This document shows, in pieces, positions 36,148 to 46,197 of a stretch of DNA of 57,904 bases. Below the pieces are notes generated by a model. That model made no database searches. It saw nothing but the letters and a program-made list of their open reading frames with translations, and was not told where the DNA came from. Each line of letters starts with the position of its first letter. Positions within the stretch are counted from its first letter, which is position 1. The stretch is from an uncultured Candidatus Saccharibacteria bacterium (GTDB taxonomy: Bacteria > Patescibacteriota > Minisyncoccia > Portnoybacterales > UBA2143): contig CAYYLD010000003.1 of assembly GCA_964472495.1 (NCBI GenBank), positions 1 through 57,904 of the forward strand, given 5' to 3'. The position numbers and the translations under genes were made by a program.

Positions 36148-36393
36148 ATGTGGGAAAAAATTAAAAAAATCTTGCAAAAAGAGGGCGGTAAGTGTATTAT
36201 AGTAGAAAACAACCAGCCGACTTATTTAGTTATGAAGCTGGAAGATTACCAAAAGACGGTTCAGTCAAACGATGAGACAGAAAAGGCCAATCGCGACATC
36301 GACCAGTGGAAAGCTGTTGAAGAAGAAAGAGAAGAATCAGGTTTAGTTGAAGCCGAGAACGAAGAAGTCAAAGTAGAGGATTTACCATTTTAA
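36148..36393 (+). CDS. Small hypothetical protein with a Phd/YefM-like N-terminus
   Basis: KCIIVENNQPTYLVMKLEDY resembles the Phd pattern; acidic tail ending EDLPF; start at ATG 36148. Confidence 0.6.
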   Translation: MWEKIKKILQKEGGKCIIVENNQPTYLVMKLEDYQKTVQSNDETEKANRDIDQWKAVEEEREESGLVEAENEEVKVEDLPF

Positions 36394-36431
36394 TCAATAA
36401 ACAGCAAACGCATTCATTGTTCGCGAAAGTA

Positions 36432-36460
36432 TTGACTAAATGGAGAATATTTTGTAAACT
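36432..36460 (+). promoter_or_regulatory. Promoter upstream of tuf
   Basis: TTGACT-17 bp-TAAACT. Confidence 0.5.
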
Positions 36461-36536
36461 TTATATAAACAAGATTGTTAAAAAAATAAAATTAATCTAA
36501 GTGAATGAAGAATATGAATAGCGAATTTTTTTATTG

Positions 36537-36557
36537 CCTGCCTTGCCGGTAGGCAGG
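36537..36557. repeat. Family B hairpin in the tuf leader
   Basis: CCTGCCT-TGCCGGT-AGGCAGG. Confidence 0.65.
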
Positions 36558-36590
36558 TTCGTTGTTCATTATCCATTGTTCACTGTTATC

Positions 36591-37790
36591 ATGGCCGAAA
36601 AATTTGAACGGACCAAGCCACACCTTAATATAGGAACCATTGGTCATGTCGACCACGGCAAAACCACTTTAACGGCGGCTATTTTAAAATGTTTAAAGGC
36701 GGCTGGTTTCAAGTCCCAAGATAAGGGGGTTGACGATATTGACAATGCGCCGGAAGAAAAGGCGCGTGGCTTAACTATTGCCGTCGCTCACGTTGAGTAT
36801 GAGACGGAAAAACGCCACTATGCTCATATTGACTGTCCTGGTCATGCTGATTACATCAAAAATATGATTACCGGGGCAGCCCAGATGGACGGAGCCATTT
36901 TAGTTGTTTCGGCTCCGGATGGGCCGATGCCTCAAACACGAGAACATATTCTTTTGGCTCGTCAGGTTGGCTTGCCAGCCCTGGTTGTTTTTTTGAACAA
37001 GACCGACCAAGTTGACGATTCGGAATTGGTTGATTTGGTTGAACAGGAAATTAGAGAATTGTTGAGCAAATACGAGTTTGAAGGAGAGAAAATCCCGATT
37101 ATCCGAGGCTCGGCTTTGCAGGCTTTAGAGTGTGGTTGCGGCAAAGCAGATTGCCCCAAATGCGGACCGATTATGCAATTAGTCAAAGCGATTGATGAGA
37201 ATATTCCCGAGCCGGTTCGGCAAATAGATAAACCTTTCTTAATGCCTATTGAAGATGTTTTCTCAATTGAGGGGCGAGGCACCGTGGCTACCGGCCGTAT
37301 TGAGCGAGGAGTGGTCAAGCTTAACGAAGAAGTAGAAATAATTGGTTTGGCTGATACCCAGAAGACGGTCGTTACCGGCATCGAAATGTTTAATAAGTCG
37401 CTTGACGAAGGTAGAGCTGGCGACAACGCTGGTATCTTATTGAGAGGAGTTAAGCGGGAAGATGTTCAGCGAGGCCAGGTTCTGGCCAAACCGGGCTCAG
37501 TTACTCCTCATCAGGATTTTGAAGGCGAGGTTTATATCTTAAGCAAAGAGGAAGGCGGTCGTCATACCCCTTTCTTTAGCGGCTATAAACCCCAGTTCTA
37601 CATTAGAACAACTGATGTCACTGGTGAAGTTACTTTACCCGAAGGGACAGAGATGGTTATGCCCGGCGATACAGTTAATCTAAAGATTAAGCTAATGTCA
37701 CCGGTTGCCTTAGAGCAAAAGCAGCGTTTTGCTATTCGAGAAGGCGGTAAGACAGTCGGGGCCGGTGTAGTCACTAAGATAGTTAAGTAA
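36591..37790 (+). CDS. tuf: Elongation factor Tu
   Basis: [18 protein letters not shown]; start at ATG 36591 ([11 protein letters not shown]). Confidence 0.98.
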   Translation: MAEKFERTKPHLNIGTIGHVDHGKTTLTAAILKCLKAAGFKSQDKGVDDIDNAPEEKARGLTIAVAHVEYETEKRHYAHIDCPGHADYIKNMITGAAQMDGAILVVSAPDGPMPQTREHILLARQVGLPALVVFLNKTDQVDDSELVDLVEQEIRELLSKYEFEGEKIPIIRGSALQALECGCGKADCPKCGPIMQLVKAIDENIPEPVRQIDKPFLMPIEDVFSIEGRGTVATGRIERGVVKLNEEVEIIGLADTQKTVVTGIEMFNKSLDEGRAGDNAGILLRGVKREDVQRGQVLAKPGSVTPHQDFEGEVYILSKEEGGRHTPFFSGYKPQFYIRTTDVTGEVTLPEGTEMVMPGDTVNLKIKLMSPVALEQKQRFAIREGGKTVGAGVVTKIVK

Positions 37791-37800
37791 GTTGAAATTT

Positions 37801-37834
37801 GAGAGTTTAACTTTAGAAACGGAGTTAAACTCTC
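37801..37834 (+). promoter_or_regulatory. Stem-loop between tuf and rpsJ
   Basis: Perfect 12-bp stem GAGAGTTTAACT/AGTTAAACTCTC. Confidence 0.5.
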
Positions 37835-37866
37835 TTCGTCTTATCTTTTAAATTTCAGTTTTAACG

Positions 37867-38196
37867 ATGGCACCTAAAAAAGAGGAAGAAGTTAAGCAGC
37901 GAATTCGCATTAAAATTCAGGCCTACGATCATAAATTGATTGACCAGTCAATCAAACAGATTGTTGAGACGATTGAGCGTTACGGCGCCGAAATCAGAGG
38001 GCCAGTCCCTCTGCCGACCCAAATCCATAAATACACGGTCAATCGTTCTACTTTTGTTCATAAGGATTCGCGGGAGCAATATGAAATGCGGGTTCACAAA
38101 CGGCTGATTGACATTATCAATCCCAATGCTAAAATAATTGATGCCTTAATGGGATTAAATTTACCAGCCGGTATTGACATTGAGATAAAAATGTAA
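37867..38196 (+). CDS. rpsJ: 30S ribosomal protein S10
   Basis: [29 protein letters not shown]. Confidence 0.98.
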   Translation: MAPKKEEEVKQRIRIKIQAYDHKLIDQSIKQIVETIERYGAEIRGPVPLPTQIHKYTVNRSTFVHKDSREQYEMRVHKRLIDIINPNAKIIDALMGLNLPAGIDIEIKM

Positions 38197-38262
38197 TTTA
38201 TGAAGACGATTTCTTCACTAGATTAAATGGCAATTGACCATGAGGCAACTATCCGTTGATTG

Positions 38263-38287
38263 ATACCGGGCTAGTGCCCGGTATTTT
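38263..38287 (+). terminator. Terminator/attenuator-like hairpin after rpsJ
   Basis: ATACCGGGC-TAGT-GCCCGGTAT plus TTT. Confidence 0.5.
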
Positions 38288-38306
38288 ATTAGCCATCATT
38301 CAGCGA

Positions 38307-38470
38307 GAGTTACCCTAACCATTTCTCGAAGACGCCGCCGCCGTGACACCATTGTTTTCTATTTATTATTTAAGCGGCTGCTCTGAGATGACAAAAGAGT
38401 TCCTTATACCCATTCCTTCTTAGTTATTATCTTTTGTCATCTAAGCTTCTTGAAATGGTTAGGGTAACTC
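38307..38470. other. 164-bp structured element bounded by perfect 19-bp inverted repeats
   Basis: GAGTTACCCTAACCATTTC/GAAATGGTTAGGGTAACTC; inner perfect 13-bp AGATGACAAAAGA/TCTTTTGTCATCT. Confidence 0.75.
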
Positions 38471-38503
38471 CTTCAGTGCTAGAGAAAAGATAAAGCCAAC
38501 ATT

Positions 38504-39271
38504 ATGAAATTTATCCTCGGTAAAAAATTAGGGATGAGTCAGATATTTGATGAACAGAAGAAGATTGTGCCGGTTACTCTGATTGAAGCCGGGCCCTGTT
38601 TTGTCGTTCAGTTGAAGACCAAAGAAAAAGACGGTTATCAGGCAGTTCAGATCGGCTTTGAGGAAATTAAAGATAAAAAGATTAAAAAGCCCCAAAAGGG
38701 TCATTTCAAAAAAGCTGGTTTAGAAAAAGGATTCCGTTATTTAATAGAATTTGCCAATAGTAGTTTAAAAATAGGCGATAAAATAGATGTTTCTATATTT
38801 CAGGAAGGAGAGATAGTTAAAGTAAGCGGAGTTTCTAAAGGAAAGGGTTTTCAGGGCGTAGTTAAAAGGCATGGTTTTTCCGGTTTTCCGGCCACGCATG
38901 GCACTAAACACGGTCTACGAGCCCCCGGTTCAATTGGTTCATCTTGGCCAGAAAGGGTTTTCAAAGGCAGAAAAATGGCTGGTCGGATGGGCGGCCAACG
39001 AGTGACTACCTCGGGATTAAAAATCGTTCAGATAGATAAAGAAAATAATTTATTGGCTGTTAGAGGAGCTGTTCCCGGCAGGAAAGGGATCATTTTGGAG
39101 GTTGTGGCCACTAAAGAGATTGAGGTCGTTGAGAAAGAAAAAGAGGAAAAACTAATGGCCGAGTTAGAAAAAGAAGAAAAAGAAGCTCAGGAGAAAAAAG
39201 GCAAGGGTAAAGCCGGGGAGCCGAAGAAGGAAGAAGAAAAACAGCCTCAAAAAGATTCTCAAGGTAAATAA
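38504..39271 (+). CDS. rplC: 50S ribosomal protein L3 with charged C-terminal extension
   Basis: GKKLGMSQIF, SKGKGFQGVVKRH, GRKMAGRMG. Confidence 0.97.
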   Translation: MKFILGKKLGMSQIFDEQKKIVPVTLIEAGPCFVVQLKTKEKDGYQAVQIGFEEIKDKKIKKPQKGHFKKAGLEKGFRYLIEFANSSLKIGDKIDVSIFQEGEIVKVSGVSKGKGFQGVVKRHGFSGFPATHGTKHGLRAPGSIGSSWPERVFKGRKMAGRMGGQRVTTSGLKIVQIDKENNLLAVRGAVPGRKGIILEVVATKEIEVVEKEKEEKLMAELEKEEKEAQEKKGKGKAGEPKKEEEKQPQKDSQGK

Positions 39272-39279
39272 TAGATATT

Positions 39280-39924
39280 ATGCCGGAATTAATTTACAAT
39301 CAGCAGGGAGAGAAAGTTGGTCAGGTTAGTCTGCCGGCTGATATTTTTGAAGTGGCTGTAAATCAGGATTTGATTCATCAGGTAGCGGTTAGTCAGATGG
39401 CTAATTCACGGCAGGTGCTGGCTCACACCAAGGACAGAAGCGAAGTCCGTGGTGGCGGGATCAAGCCCTGGCGTCAGAAAGGGACTGGTCGAGCTCGTCA
39501 CGGTTCAATTCGTTCGCCGATTTGGATTGGCGGCGGCGTCGCTTTCGGACCGACCAAAGAAAGAGTTTTTGCTAAAAAAATCAATAAGAGGATGAAACGA
39601 CAGGCCCTTTTTATGGTTTTATCTTCCAAAGCGAAAGACAAAGAGATGGTTCTCTTAGATAAAATAGAATTAGCCGAAGCTAAAACCAAACAAATGGTTG
39701 CTATAGTTGATAATTTAGGAAAAAAGCTAAAGAAGGACTTGATTAAAGGGACTCTGGTTGTTTTACCGACAACCGACCAAAAGATAATCAGAGCCAGCCA
39801 GAATATCCCTAAAATTAAAATTATCAGGGCTGATAGTTTGAACGTCTTGGATATTTTATCTCATCAATATTTGTTAATTTTTCAAGGGTCTATTGAGACA
39901 ATTAAGAAAACTTACCTGAAATAG
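39280..39924 (+). CDS. rplD: 50S ribosomal protein L4
   Basis: RGGGIKPWRQKGTGRARHGS. Confidence 0.97.
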   Translation: MPELIYNQQGEKVGQVSLPADIFEVAVNQDLIHQVAVSQMANSRQVLAHTKDRSEVRGGGIKPWRQKGTGRARHGSIRSPIWIGGGVAFGPTKERVFAKKINKRMKRQALFMVLSSKAKDKEMVLLDKIELAEAKTKQMVAIVDNLGKKLKKDLIKGTLVVLPTTDQKIIRASQNIPKIKIIRADSLNVLDILSHQYLLIFQGSIETIKKTYLK

Positions 39925-39925
39925 T

Positions 39926-40441
39926 ATGGCTTTATTAGACAGATTAAAGAAGAAAATCAAAAAAGAGGAACCTGCCAAGGGTGGACCTGTCTCCGGCGGG
40001 AAAGAAAAGAAAGAGAAAGTTGAGAAATCTGCCAGAGGCAGACCCGCTTTTGGCGAGAAAGAAAAACCTCAATTAAAAGAAGAATCTTTAGTCAGTCCGA
40101 AAGAAGCCGAAAAAGCAAAGCCCGAGAAAATTATTGCCAAACAAGTTCCTCAAGCCTATCGATTAATTAAAGAACCGCAGATTACCGAAAAGGCGACTTT
40201 TTTGAGTGACCAAAACAAGTATGTTTTTAAAATTTCTTCCCGGGCTAATAAGACGGAAATCAGGAAGACGATTGAGGCGCTTTACGGCGTCAAAGTAGTT
40301 AAGGTTCATTTAATTCATGCGGCGGCCAAGAGAAGACGGTTAGGACGCAGTCAGGGCTGGCGCGGTGGCTTAAAAAAGGGCTTTAAGAAAGCAGTGGTCA
40401 CTTTAGCTCAGGGAGAAAAAATAGAATTATTGCCGAGATAA
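39926..40441 (+). CDS. rplW: 50S ribosomal protein L23 with long N-terminal extension
   Basis: [26 protein letters not shown]. Confidence 0.95.
   Translation: MALLDRLKKKIKKEEPAKGGPVSGGKEKKEKVEKSARGRPAFGEKEKPQLKEESLVSPKEAEKAKPEKIIAKQVPQAYRLIKEPQITEKATFLSDQNKYVFKISSRANKTEIRKTIEALYGVKVVKVHLIHAAAKRRRLGRSQGWRGGLKKGFKKAVVTLAQGEKIELLPR
39971..40000. repeat. Family A repeat in rplW (copy 1)
   Basis: CCTGCCAAGGGTGGACCTGTCTCCGGCGGG encodes [10 protein letters not shown]. Confidence 0.75.
40028..40057. repeat. Family A repeat in rplW (copy 2)
   Basis: TCTGCCAGAGGCAGACCCGCTTTTGGCGAG encodes [10 protein letters not shown]. Confidence 0.75.
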
Positions 40442-40445
40442 ATAT

Positions 40446-41285
40446 ATGAAAAGATATAAGCCAACTAGTCCTGGTAGGAGAGGAATGAGTTCAGTAGATT
40501 TTTCTGTTTTAACCAAGAAGAAACCGGAGAAAAAATTGACCAAGAAGTTAGTCAGAAGTTTTGGTCGGGGCTATAAAGGAAGAATTACTACCCGCCATAA
40601 AGGGGGCGGCCATAAAAGAAAATATCGACTGATTGATTTCAAAAGGTTTGATAAATTGGATATCCCGGCTAAGGTAATTGCTCTGGAATACGACCCTAAT
40701 CGCAGCTGCTTTATTGCCCTGCTCAATTACCGAGATGGCCAAAAAAGATATAGTCTGGCTCCCGATGGCTTAAAGGTCGGTGATGAAATTGTTTGTCAGG
40801 AAAAGGCCTCGCTTAAAAAAGGCAATCGGCTAAGATTGAAAAACGTTCCGGTGGGCAGCCAGGTTTACAATATTGAGCTTCAACCGGATAAGGGGGGGCA
40901 AATGATCAGGTCGGCCGGCAGCGCTGCCCAGGTCATGGCCCATGAGGGTGGCTATGCTCATCTTAAATTGGCTTCCGGCGAGGTGAGAATGGTTAAGGAA
41001 GATTGCTGGGCCAGCTTGGGTCAGTTAGCTAATCCGGAACATGGCATGGTCGTTTTGGGCAAGGCTGGTCGGAATCGTTGGCTGGGTCGTCGGCCGGCTG
41101 TCCGTGGTTCGGCCATGAATCCGGTTGACCATCCGCACGGCGGCGGTGAAAATCGGCAGTCAATCGGTTTAAGAAAAGGACCGAAGACGCCTTGGGGCAA
41201 GTTAGCTTATGGGGTCAAAACACGGAAAAAGAGAGCTAGTGATAAGTTAATTTTAAAAAGAAGGACTAAGAAGAAAAGGAAATAA
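40446..41285 (+). CDS. rplB: 50S ribosomal protein L2
   Basis: [23 protein letters not shown]. Confidence 0.98.
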   Translation: MKRYKPTSPGRRGMSSVDFSVLTKKKPEKKLTKKLVRSFGRGYKGRITTRHKGGGHKRKYRLIDFKRFDKLDIPAKVIALEYDPNRSCFIALLNYRDGQKRYSLAPDGLKVGDEIVCQEKASLKKGNRLRLKNVPVGSQVYNIELQPDKGGQMIRSAGSAAQVMAHEGGYAHLKLASGEVRMVKEDCWASLGQLANPEHGMVVLGKAGRNRWLGRRPAVRGSAMNPVDHPHGGGENRQSIGLRKGPKTPWGKLAYGVKTRKKRASDKLILKRRTKKKRK

Positions 41286-41290
41286 ATAAT

Positions 41291-41596
41291 ATGTCACGTT
41301 CACTTAAAAAAGGTCCCTATGTTGACAGTAAACTATTGAAAAAGATAGCTGAGTTAAAGCCGGGCGACAAAACATTGATTAAGACCTGGGCCAGAAGTTC
41401 TACCATCACTCCTGAAATGGTCGGCTTCTCTTTCGGTGTTCATAATGGCAAGGAACATATCCCTGTTTTGATTACTGAAGATATGGTTGGCCATAAATTA
41501 GGTGAGTTTGCTCCCACCCGGAAATTTATTAGACACGGTGGCAAAATGCAACGAGAACAAGAGACAGTTGCCCGCCAGAAAGCGGCGACTAAATAA
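41291..41596 (+). CDS. rpsS: 30S ribosomal protein S19
   Basis: [22 protein letters not shown]. Confidence 0.98.
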   Translation: MSRSLKKGPYVDSKLLKKIAELKPGDKTLIKTWARSSTITPEMVGFSFGVHNGKEHIPVLITEDMVGHKLGEFAPTRKFIRHGGKMQREQETVARQKAATK

Positions 41597-41601
41597 TTAA
41601 T

Positions 41602-42189
41602 ATGATTACGGCCAAATTACGCTATCTTAGAATATCACCTCGCAAAGTCAGATTAGTCACAGATTTAATTAAGGGTTTGCCGGTTGAGGAAGCCGAAAGA
41701 CAGCTGAGGTTTTTGACCAAACGAGCCGCTCGGCCTGTTTTGAAATTACTCAATTCGGCTCTGGCTAATGCTCAAAGTAATAATAAATTAGCCAAAGAGA
41801 ATCTCTATATTGATAAGATTATCGTTGAAGGAGGGCCGATGCTAAAAAGATGGCAACCGAGAGCCATGGGACGAGCCACCCCGATTAGAAAAAGAACCAG
41901 TCATATTACTTTGATTTTGAATGAAAAAGAGGGTTCGGTTGCTCCAGAAAAAAAAGAGACAGAGCCAACCAAAGTTAAAATAGAGAAGCCTCCAGTCAAG
42001 CCAGAAAAGAAAGAAACAGACTTATTAGAAGAGCTTGGACGGGTTGAAGAAGAGAAAAAGCCGGCGGCCAGACCCAAGCCGGCTCCAGTTCATCGGCCTT
42101 ATCCGATGACCTCCCAAGCCAAGAAGAAGTTTTTCAGCCGGCAGACCTTTGGTAATATAAAAAAATATTTCAGACGAAAAAGTATTTAA
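41602..42189 (+). CDS. rplV: 50S ribosomal protein L22 with long C-terminal extension
   Basis: RISPRKVRLV, PRAMGRA, RTSHI. Confidence 0.96.
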   Translation: MITAKLRYLRISPRKVRLVTDLIKGLPVEEAERQLRFLTKRAARPVLKLLNSALANAQSNNKLAKENLYIDKIIVEGGPMLKRWQPRAMGRATPIRKRTSHITLILNEKEGSVAPEKKETEPTKVKIEKPPVKPEKKETDLLEELGRVEEEKKPAARPKPAPVHRPYPMTSQAKKKFFSRQTFGNIKKYFRRKSI

Positions 42190-42191
42190 TT

Positions 42192-42881
42192 ATGGGACAA
42201 AAAGTTCATCCACTATCTTTACGTATCGGCTTAGGGACTGATTGGAAGTCTCATTGGTTTGGTAAAAAAAGAAAGTACCGGGAATTTTTAGAGCAAGATG
42301 TCAAATTGCGGAGTTTTATTATTAAAAAATTAGATAAAGCTGGATTTAATTCAGTCAAAATAGAACGGTCAGCTAACTCAATTAATATTATCGTTCAGGC
42401 GGCTCGACCCGGTCTGGTTATTGGCCGCGGCGGTAGCGGGGTCGAGGAATTGAAGGGTGAAATTAAAAAATTCCTTCAAAGAATCGATCCGGCCTTAGCT
42501 TCTGCCAGAGGCGGATTCGCCTCTGGCGAAAAGTTGGAGATTCGTTTAGAAATCGAAGAAATTAAGCAGGCCAATTCCCAGGCAGCTGTCGTGGCGGCTG
42601 ATATGGCTAGCCAAATAGAAAAACGTTTGCCTTATCGACGGGTAATCAAACAGGCCTTGAGTAAGATAACCCAGAACAAAGGAGTTCAAGGGGCTAAGAT
42701 AATGGTTAAAGGCAGATTAAACGGAGCGGAAATAGCACGTAAGGAATGGCTTAAAAAAGGAAGAATTCCTTTACAGACTTTGCGTTCTGATATTGATTAT
42801 GCCCAGGCAACCGCTTATACTACTTACGGCACCATCGGGATTAAAGTTTGGATTTATAGAGGAGAGGTTTTTAATCAATAA
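42192..42881 (+). CDS. rpsC: 30S ribosomal protein S3
   Basis: MGQKVHP, RPGLVIGRGG, GRLNGAEIAR, PLQTLR. Confidence 0.97.
   Translation: MGQKVHPLSLRIGLGTDWKSHWFGKKRKYREFLEQDVKLRSFIIKKLDKAGFNSVKIERSANSINIIVQAARPGLVIGRGGSGVEELKGEIKKFLQRIDPALASARGGFASGEKLEIRLEIEEIKQANSQAAVVAADMASQIEKRLPYRRVIKQALSKITQNKGVQGAKIMVKGRLNGAEIARKEWLKKGRIPLQTLRSDIDYAQATAYTTYGTIGIKVWIYRGEVFNQ
42501..42530. repeat. Family A repeat in rpsC
   Basis: TCTGCCAGAGGCGGATTCGCCTCTGGCGAA encodes SARGGFASGE. Confidence 0.85.
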
Positions 42882-42884
42882 ATT

Positions 42885-43292
42885 ATGCTTTTCCCTAAGA
42901 AAGTTAAACATCGCAAATGGCAGAAAGGCCGGGCCCGCAGTCAACAAGCTAAGCGGGGAGATTATCTTGCCTTTGGTTCTTACGGCCTGAAGGCCTTGGA
43001 TAACTGTTGGTTGACCGCTCGTCAGATTGAAGCGGCCCGCCGGGCGATGACTAGATATGTTCAACGCGGCGGCAAGATTTGGATTAGAGTTTTTCCAGAT
43101 AAACCGGTGACCAAAAAGGGCGTTGAGGTGCCTATGGGTGGCGGTAAAGGCAGTCCAGACCATTACGTTATGCCGATAAAACCAGGTCGAATTCTTTTTG
43201 AGATGGATGGTGTTCCCGAAGAAATGGCCAAAGAAGCGATGCGCCGAGCCAGCCACAAATTACCAATTAAGACGAAATTTATTAGCAGATAG
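42885..43292 (+). CDS. rplP: 50S ribosomal protein L16
   Basis: [25 protein letters not shown]. Confidence 0.98.
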   Translation: MLFPKKVKHRKWQKGRARSQQAKRGDYLAFGSYGLKALDNCWLTARQIEAARRAMTRYVQRGGKIWIRVFPDKPVTKKGVEVPMGGGKGSPDHYVMPIKPGRILFEMDGVPEEMAKEAMRRASHKLPIKTKFISR

Positions 43293-43299
43293 TTTACTT

Positions 43300-43500
43300 A
43301 TGAAGATTAAAGAATTACGTCGAAAAACAACTAAAGAGCTGGAGGAGCTTTTAAAGGAAAACCGGCATAAACTCGGTCAACTTAAGTTTGATTTAGCGGC
43401 TAAAAAACTGAAAAACATTCGGGAAATTAGGGGATTACGCAGAGAAATCGCCCAAATTTTAACTGTTTTAAATAAAGAAAAAAATGGACAAAAAGAATAA
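43300..43500 (+). CDS. rpmC: 50S ribosomal protein L29
   Basis: MKIKELR, RREIAQILT; start at ATG 43300. Confidence 0.92.
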   Translation: MKIKELRRKTTKELEELLKENRHKLGQLKFDLAAKKLKNIREIRGLRREIAQILTVLNKEKNGQKE

Positions 43501-43768
43501 ACTCAGAAAAGAAAATTCTGTCGAAAAGAAGAAAGGAAGCGGTCGCTTGCTCAAAGGAAAAGTGGTTAGTGATAAAATGGATAAAACCATCGTTGTTCTG
43601 GTTTCTCGGTTAAGAAGACATCCTCGTTATCAGAGAAGATATAAGATTGATAAGAGGTATAAAGTTGATGATGAAAAGAACGAGTACAAGGTTGGTGACC
43701 AGGTAGTAATCAAAGAAGGACGGCCAATGAGTAAGAGTAAAAAGTGGCGAGTGGTTAATAAAGAGTAA
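43484..43768 (+). CDS. rpsQ: 30S ribosomal protein S17
   Basis: GKVVSDKMDKTIVV, RPMSKSKKW. Confidence 0.95.
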   Translation: MDKKNKLRKENSVEKKKGSGRLLKGKVVSDKMDKTIVVLVSRLRRHPRYQRRYKIDKRYKVDDEKNEYKVGDQVVIKEGRPMSKSKKWRVVNKE

Positions 43769-43784
43769 TCCGCCAGAGGCGGAT
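43768..43784. repeat. Half copy of the family A repeat, intergenic
   Basis: ATCCGCC-AGA-GGCGGAT directly after the rpsQ stop. Confidence 0.75.
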
Positions 43785-43825
43785 GCTTAGTTTTATTACA
43801 AAATTAAAATTTTGATAAAATTAGC

Positions 43826-44191
43826 ATGATTCAAGCTGGGACAAAATTGAAGGTAGCTGATAATACTGGAGCTAAAATTATCCAGTGCTTTAAGGTCTTG
43901 GGCGGCAGCCGCCGGCGTTATGCTCAAATCGGCGACGTTATCGTTGCTTCGGTTAAAGAAGCCGAGCCAAGAAAAACGGTAAAGAAGAAAGATATTGTCC
44001 GAGCGGTCGTCGTTCGTCAAAAGAAGTCCTATCGTCGGGCTGACGGCTCCTATATTCGTTTTGATGAAAATGCAGCCGTTATTTTAGAAGGGCTTAACCC
44101 CAAAGGTGGTCGTATTTTTGGTCCGGTACCGCGGGAACTAAAAGAGAGGGGATTTGATAAAATAGTTTCCCTGGCTCCAGAAGTTTTGTAA
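43826..44191 (+). CDS. rplN: 50S ribosomal protein L14
   Basis: [23 protein letters not shown]. Confidence 0.98.
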   Translation: MIQAGTKLKVADNTGAKIIQCFKVLGGSRRRYAQIGDVIVASVKEAEPRKTVKKKDIVRAVVVRQKKSYRRADGSYIRFDENAAVILEGLNPKGGRIFGPVPRELKERGFDKIVSLAPEVL

Positions 44192-44192
44192 T

Positions 44193-44498
44193 ATGAAAAT
44201 CAAAAAAGGAGACACAGTTTTAATTATTAGCGGTAAAGATAAAGGCAAAAAGGCAAAGGTCTTAGAATCTTTTCCTCGACAAAATAAAATAATTGTTGAG
44301 GGAATTAATCTTGTCAAAAGACACCGCCGACCGCGCCGCGAAAGAGAAAAGGGACAAATTGTTGAGGTGCCTAAGCCGATTAATGTTTCCAATGTCAAAT
44401 TGGTTTGTCCCAAATGCGGCCGACCGACCCGCCTCGGTTATCGGTTGACCGAAAAAGGTAAGCATCGGATTTGTAAAAAATGTAATCAAGAAATATAG
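44193..44498 (+). CDS. rplX: 50S ribosomal protein L24
   Basis: IKKGDTVLIISGKDKGK, SNVKLVCPKC. Confidence 0.97.
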   Translation: MKIKKGDTVLIISGKDKGKKAKVLESFPRQNKIIVEGINLVKRHRRPRREREKGQIVEVPKPINVSNVKLVCPKCGRPTRLGYRLTEKGKHRICKKCNQEI

Positions 44499-44510
44499 TT
44501 TTAAATATTT

Positions 44511-45047
44511 ATGATTCGATTAAAAGAAAAATATGTTAAAGAGGTTATCCCGGCCATGAAAGAAAAGTTTGGTTATCAAAACGATTTAGCGGTGCCCAAA
44601 ATTGTTAAGGTTGTGGTCAATACCGGTTTTAATCCCAACATTAAAGACGAAAAAAGACGGCAGGAGGTTGCTCACGATTTGGCTCTGATTACCGGTCAAA
44701 AAACAAAATCTTCTCCGGCTAAGAAAGCAATTTCTTCTTTCAAAACCAGGCAGGGAATGATTATCGGTCTGACAGTCACCTTGCGTGGTCAACGGATGTA
44801 TGACTTTTTAGACAGATTAATCCACGTTGCCTTACCGCGCGGCCGTGACTTCCATGGTTTGGCCGAAGAGAATATTGACCAGGCTGGCAACTTGAATGTC
44901 GGTATTAAAGAACAGATTATTTTTCCGGAAATTGCCGCCGAAAGCACTAAAAATATCTTTGGTTTGGAAGTGGCCGTCGTCACTTCAGCTAAAAATCATC
45001 AACAAGGGGTCGCATTGTTAAAATTATTAGGATTTCCTCTCAAGTAA
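44511..45047 (+). CDS. rplE: 50S ribosomal protein L5
   Basis: [20 protein letters not shown]. Confidence 0.96.
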   Translation: MIRLKEKYVKEVIPAMKEKFGYQNDLAVPKIVKVVVNTGFNPNIKDEKRRQEVAHDLALITGQKTKSSPAKKAISSFKTRQGMIIGLTVTLRGQRMYDFLDRLIHVALPRGRDFHGLAEENIDQAGNLNVGIKEQIIFPEIAAESTKNIFGLEVAVVTSAKNHQQGVALLKLLGFPLK

Positions 45048-45049
45048 TC

Positions 45050-45235
45050 ATGGCTAAAAAATCGGTTATCGCTCGAGCCCAAAAAAAACCTAAATTCTCT
45101 AGCCGGATAGTCCGGCGTTGTTTTCGCTGTGGTCGTAAAAGAGCTTATCTGCGTAAATTTGGCTTGTGTCGGATATGCTTTCGGGAATTAGCCAGAAAAG
45201 GGGAAATCCCGGGAGTTAAAAAAAGTAGTTGGTAA
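45050..45235 (+). CDS. rpsN: 30S ribosomal protein S14, zinc-binding type Z
   Basis: [22 protein letters not shown]. Confidence 0.96.
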   Translation: MAKKSVIARAQKKPKFSSRIVRRCFRCGRKRAYLRKFGLCRICFRELARKGEIPGVKKSSW

Positions 45236-45240
45236 ATAAT

Positions 45241-45630
45241 ATGACTGATCCAATCTCTGATATGCTCACCAGAATAAGAAATGCCCAAGCTGTCTCTCAT
45301 CAGACAGTTAATATTCCTTTTTCCGAGTTAAGACTTAGTTTAGCTAGGGTTTTAGAAAGAGAAGGACTGGTTGAGTCAATAAATACTCGCGGTCGTAAGG
45401 TCAAAAAAATTATTAAAATCAAATTAAAATATCAAAAAGGTCGACCAGTCATCAATGGATTAAAGAGGATAAGCAAACCCGGTCAACGGATTTATCTTAA
45501 AAAAAGCCAGGTCAAACCAGTTAAACAAGGCTATGGCTTAGCCATCCTCTCCACCTCGCGAGGATTGATGACTGATAAAGAGGCCAGGCAAAAAGGCTTG
45601 GGCGGGGAAATTCTATGTCAAATTTGGTAA
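45241..45630 (+). CDS. rpsH: 30S ribosomal protein S8
   Basis: MTDPISDMLTRIRNA, ISKPG.RIY, GGEI. Confidence 0.97.
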   Translation: MTDPISDMLTRIRNAQAVSHQTVNIPFSELRLSLARVLEREGLVESINTRGRKVKKIIKIKLKYQKGRPVINGLKRISKPGQRIYLKKSQVKPVKQGYGLAILSTSRGLMTDKEARQKGLGGEILCQIW

Positions 45631-45634
45631 ATCT

Positions 45635-46192
45635 ATGTCAAAAGTCGGCAAACAACCAATTATTATTCCAGCTGGCGTTCAGCTGATTATTGGCGATAAC
45701 CAGCTTAAAATTAAAGGCCCGAAAGGAGAATTGAGTCAATCAATCCCGAATCAAATTAAATTAGAGTTGAAAGATTTAGCCGATAAACAGAAGGAGTTAA
45801 CGGTTATCCCTAAAGGAGAGATAAAAAACGGTTCAGCCCTCTGGGGCTCATTAAGGGCTTTGATTTTCAATATGGTTAAGGGAGTAACTGAGGGCTTTGA
45901 AAGAAAGTTAGAAATTGAAGGTGTCGGTTACAGGGCTTCTTTACAGGATAATAAATTGGTTTTGAATCTTGGTCTTTCTCATCCGATTGAAATAGAAGCA
46001 CCTCCGGAGATTGAATTTAAAGTAGATAGGAATATTATTACTGTTTCGGGCATTGACAAACAATCGGTTGGTCAGCTAGCTGCTCGAATCAGGGCCTTTC
46101 GTAAACCAGAACCATATAAAGGGAAAGGGATTAGGTACGCTGACGAGATAGTCAGGAGGAAAGCCGGTAAGAAAGCGGCTAGCGCTGAATAA
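45635..46192 (+). CDS. rplF: 50S ribosomal protein L6
   Basis: [17 protein letters not shown]. Confidence 0.97.
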   Translation: MSKVGKQPIIIPAGVQLIIGDNQLKIKGPKGELSQSIPNQIKLELKDLADKQKELTVIPKGEIKNGSALWGSLRALIFNMVKGVTEGFERKLEIEGVGYRASLQDNKLVLNLGLSHPIEIEAPPEIEFKVDRNIITVSGIDKQSVGQLAARIRAFRKPEPYKGKGIRYADEIVRRKAGKKAASAE

Positions 46193-46197
46193 AACTT

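Noticed and set aside
3261-36590. Apparent N-terminal extensions on rpsO, pnp, comM, DUF763, tuf and others from the ORF track
   Set aside because: Upstream alternative start codons run through leaders or terminators; internal ATGs match the known N-termini.
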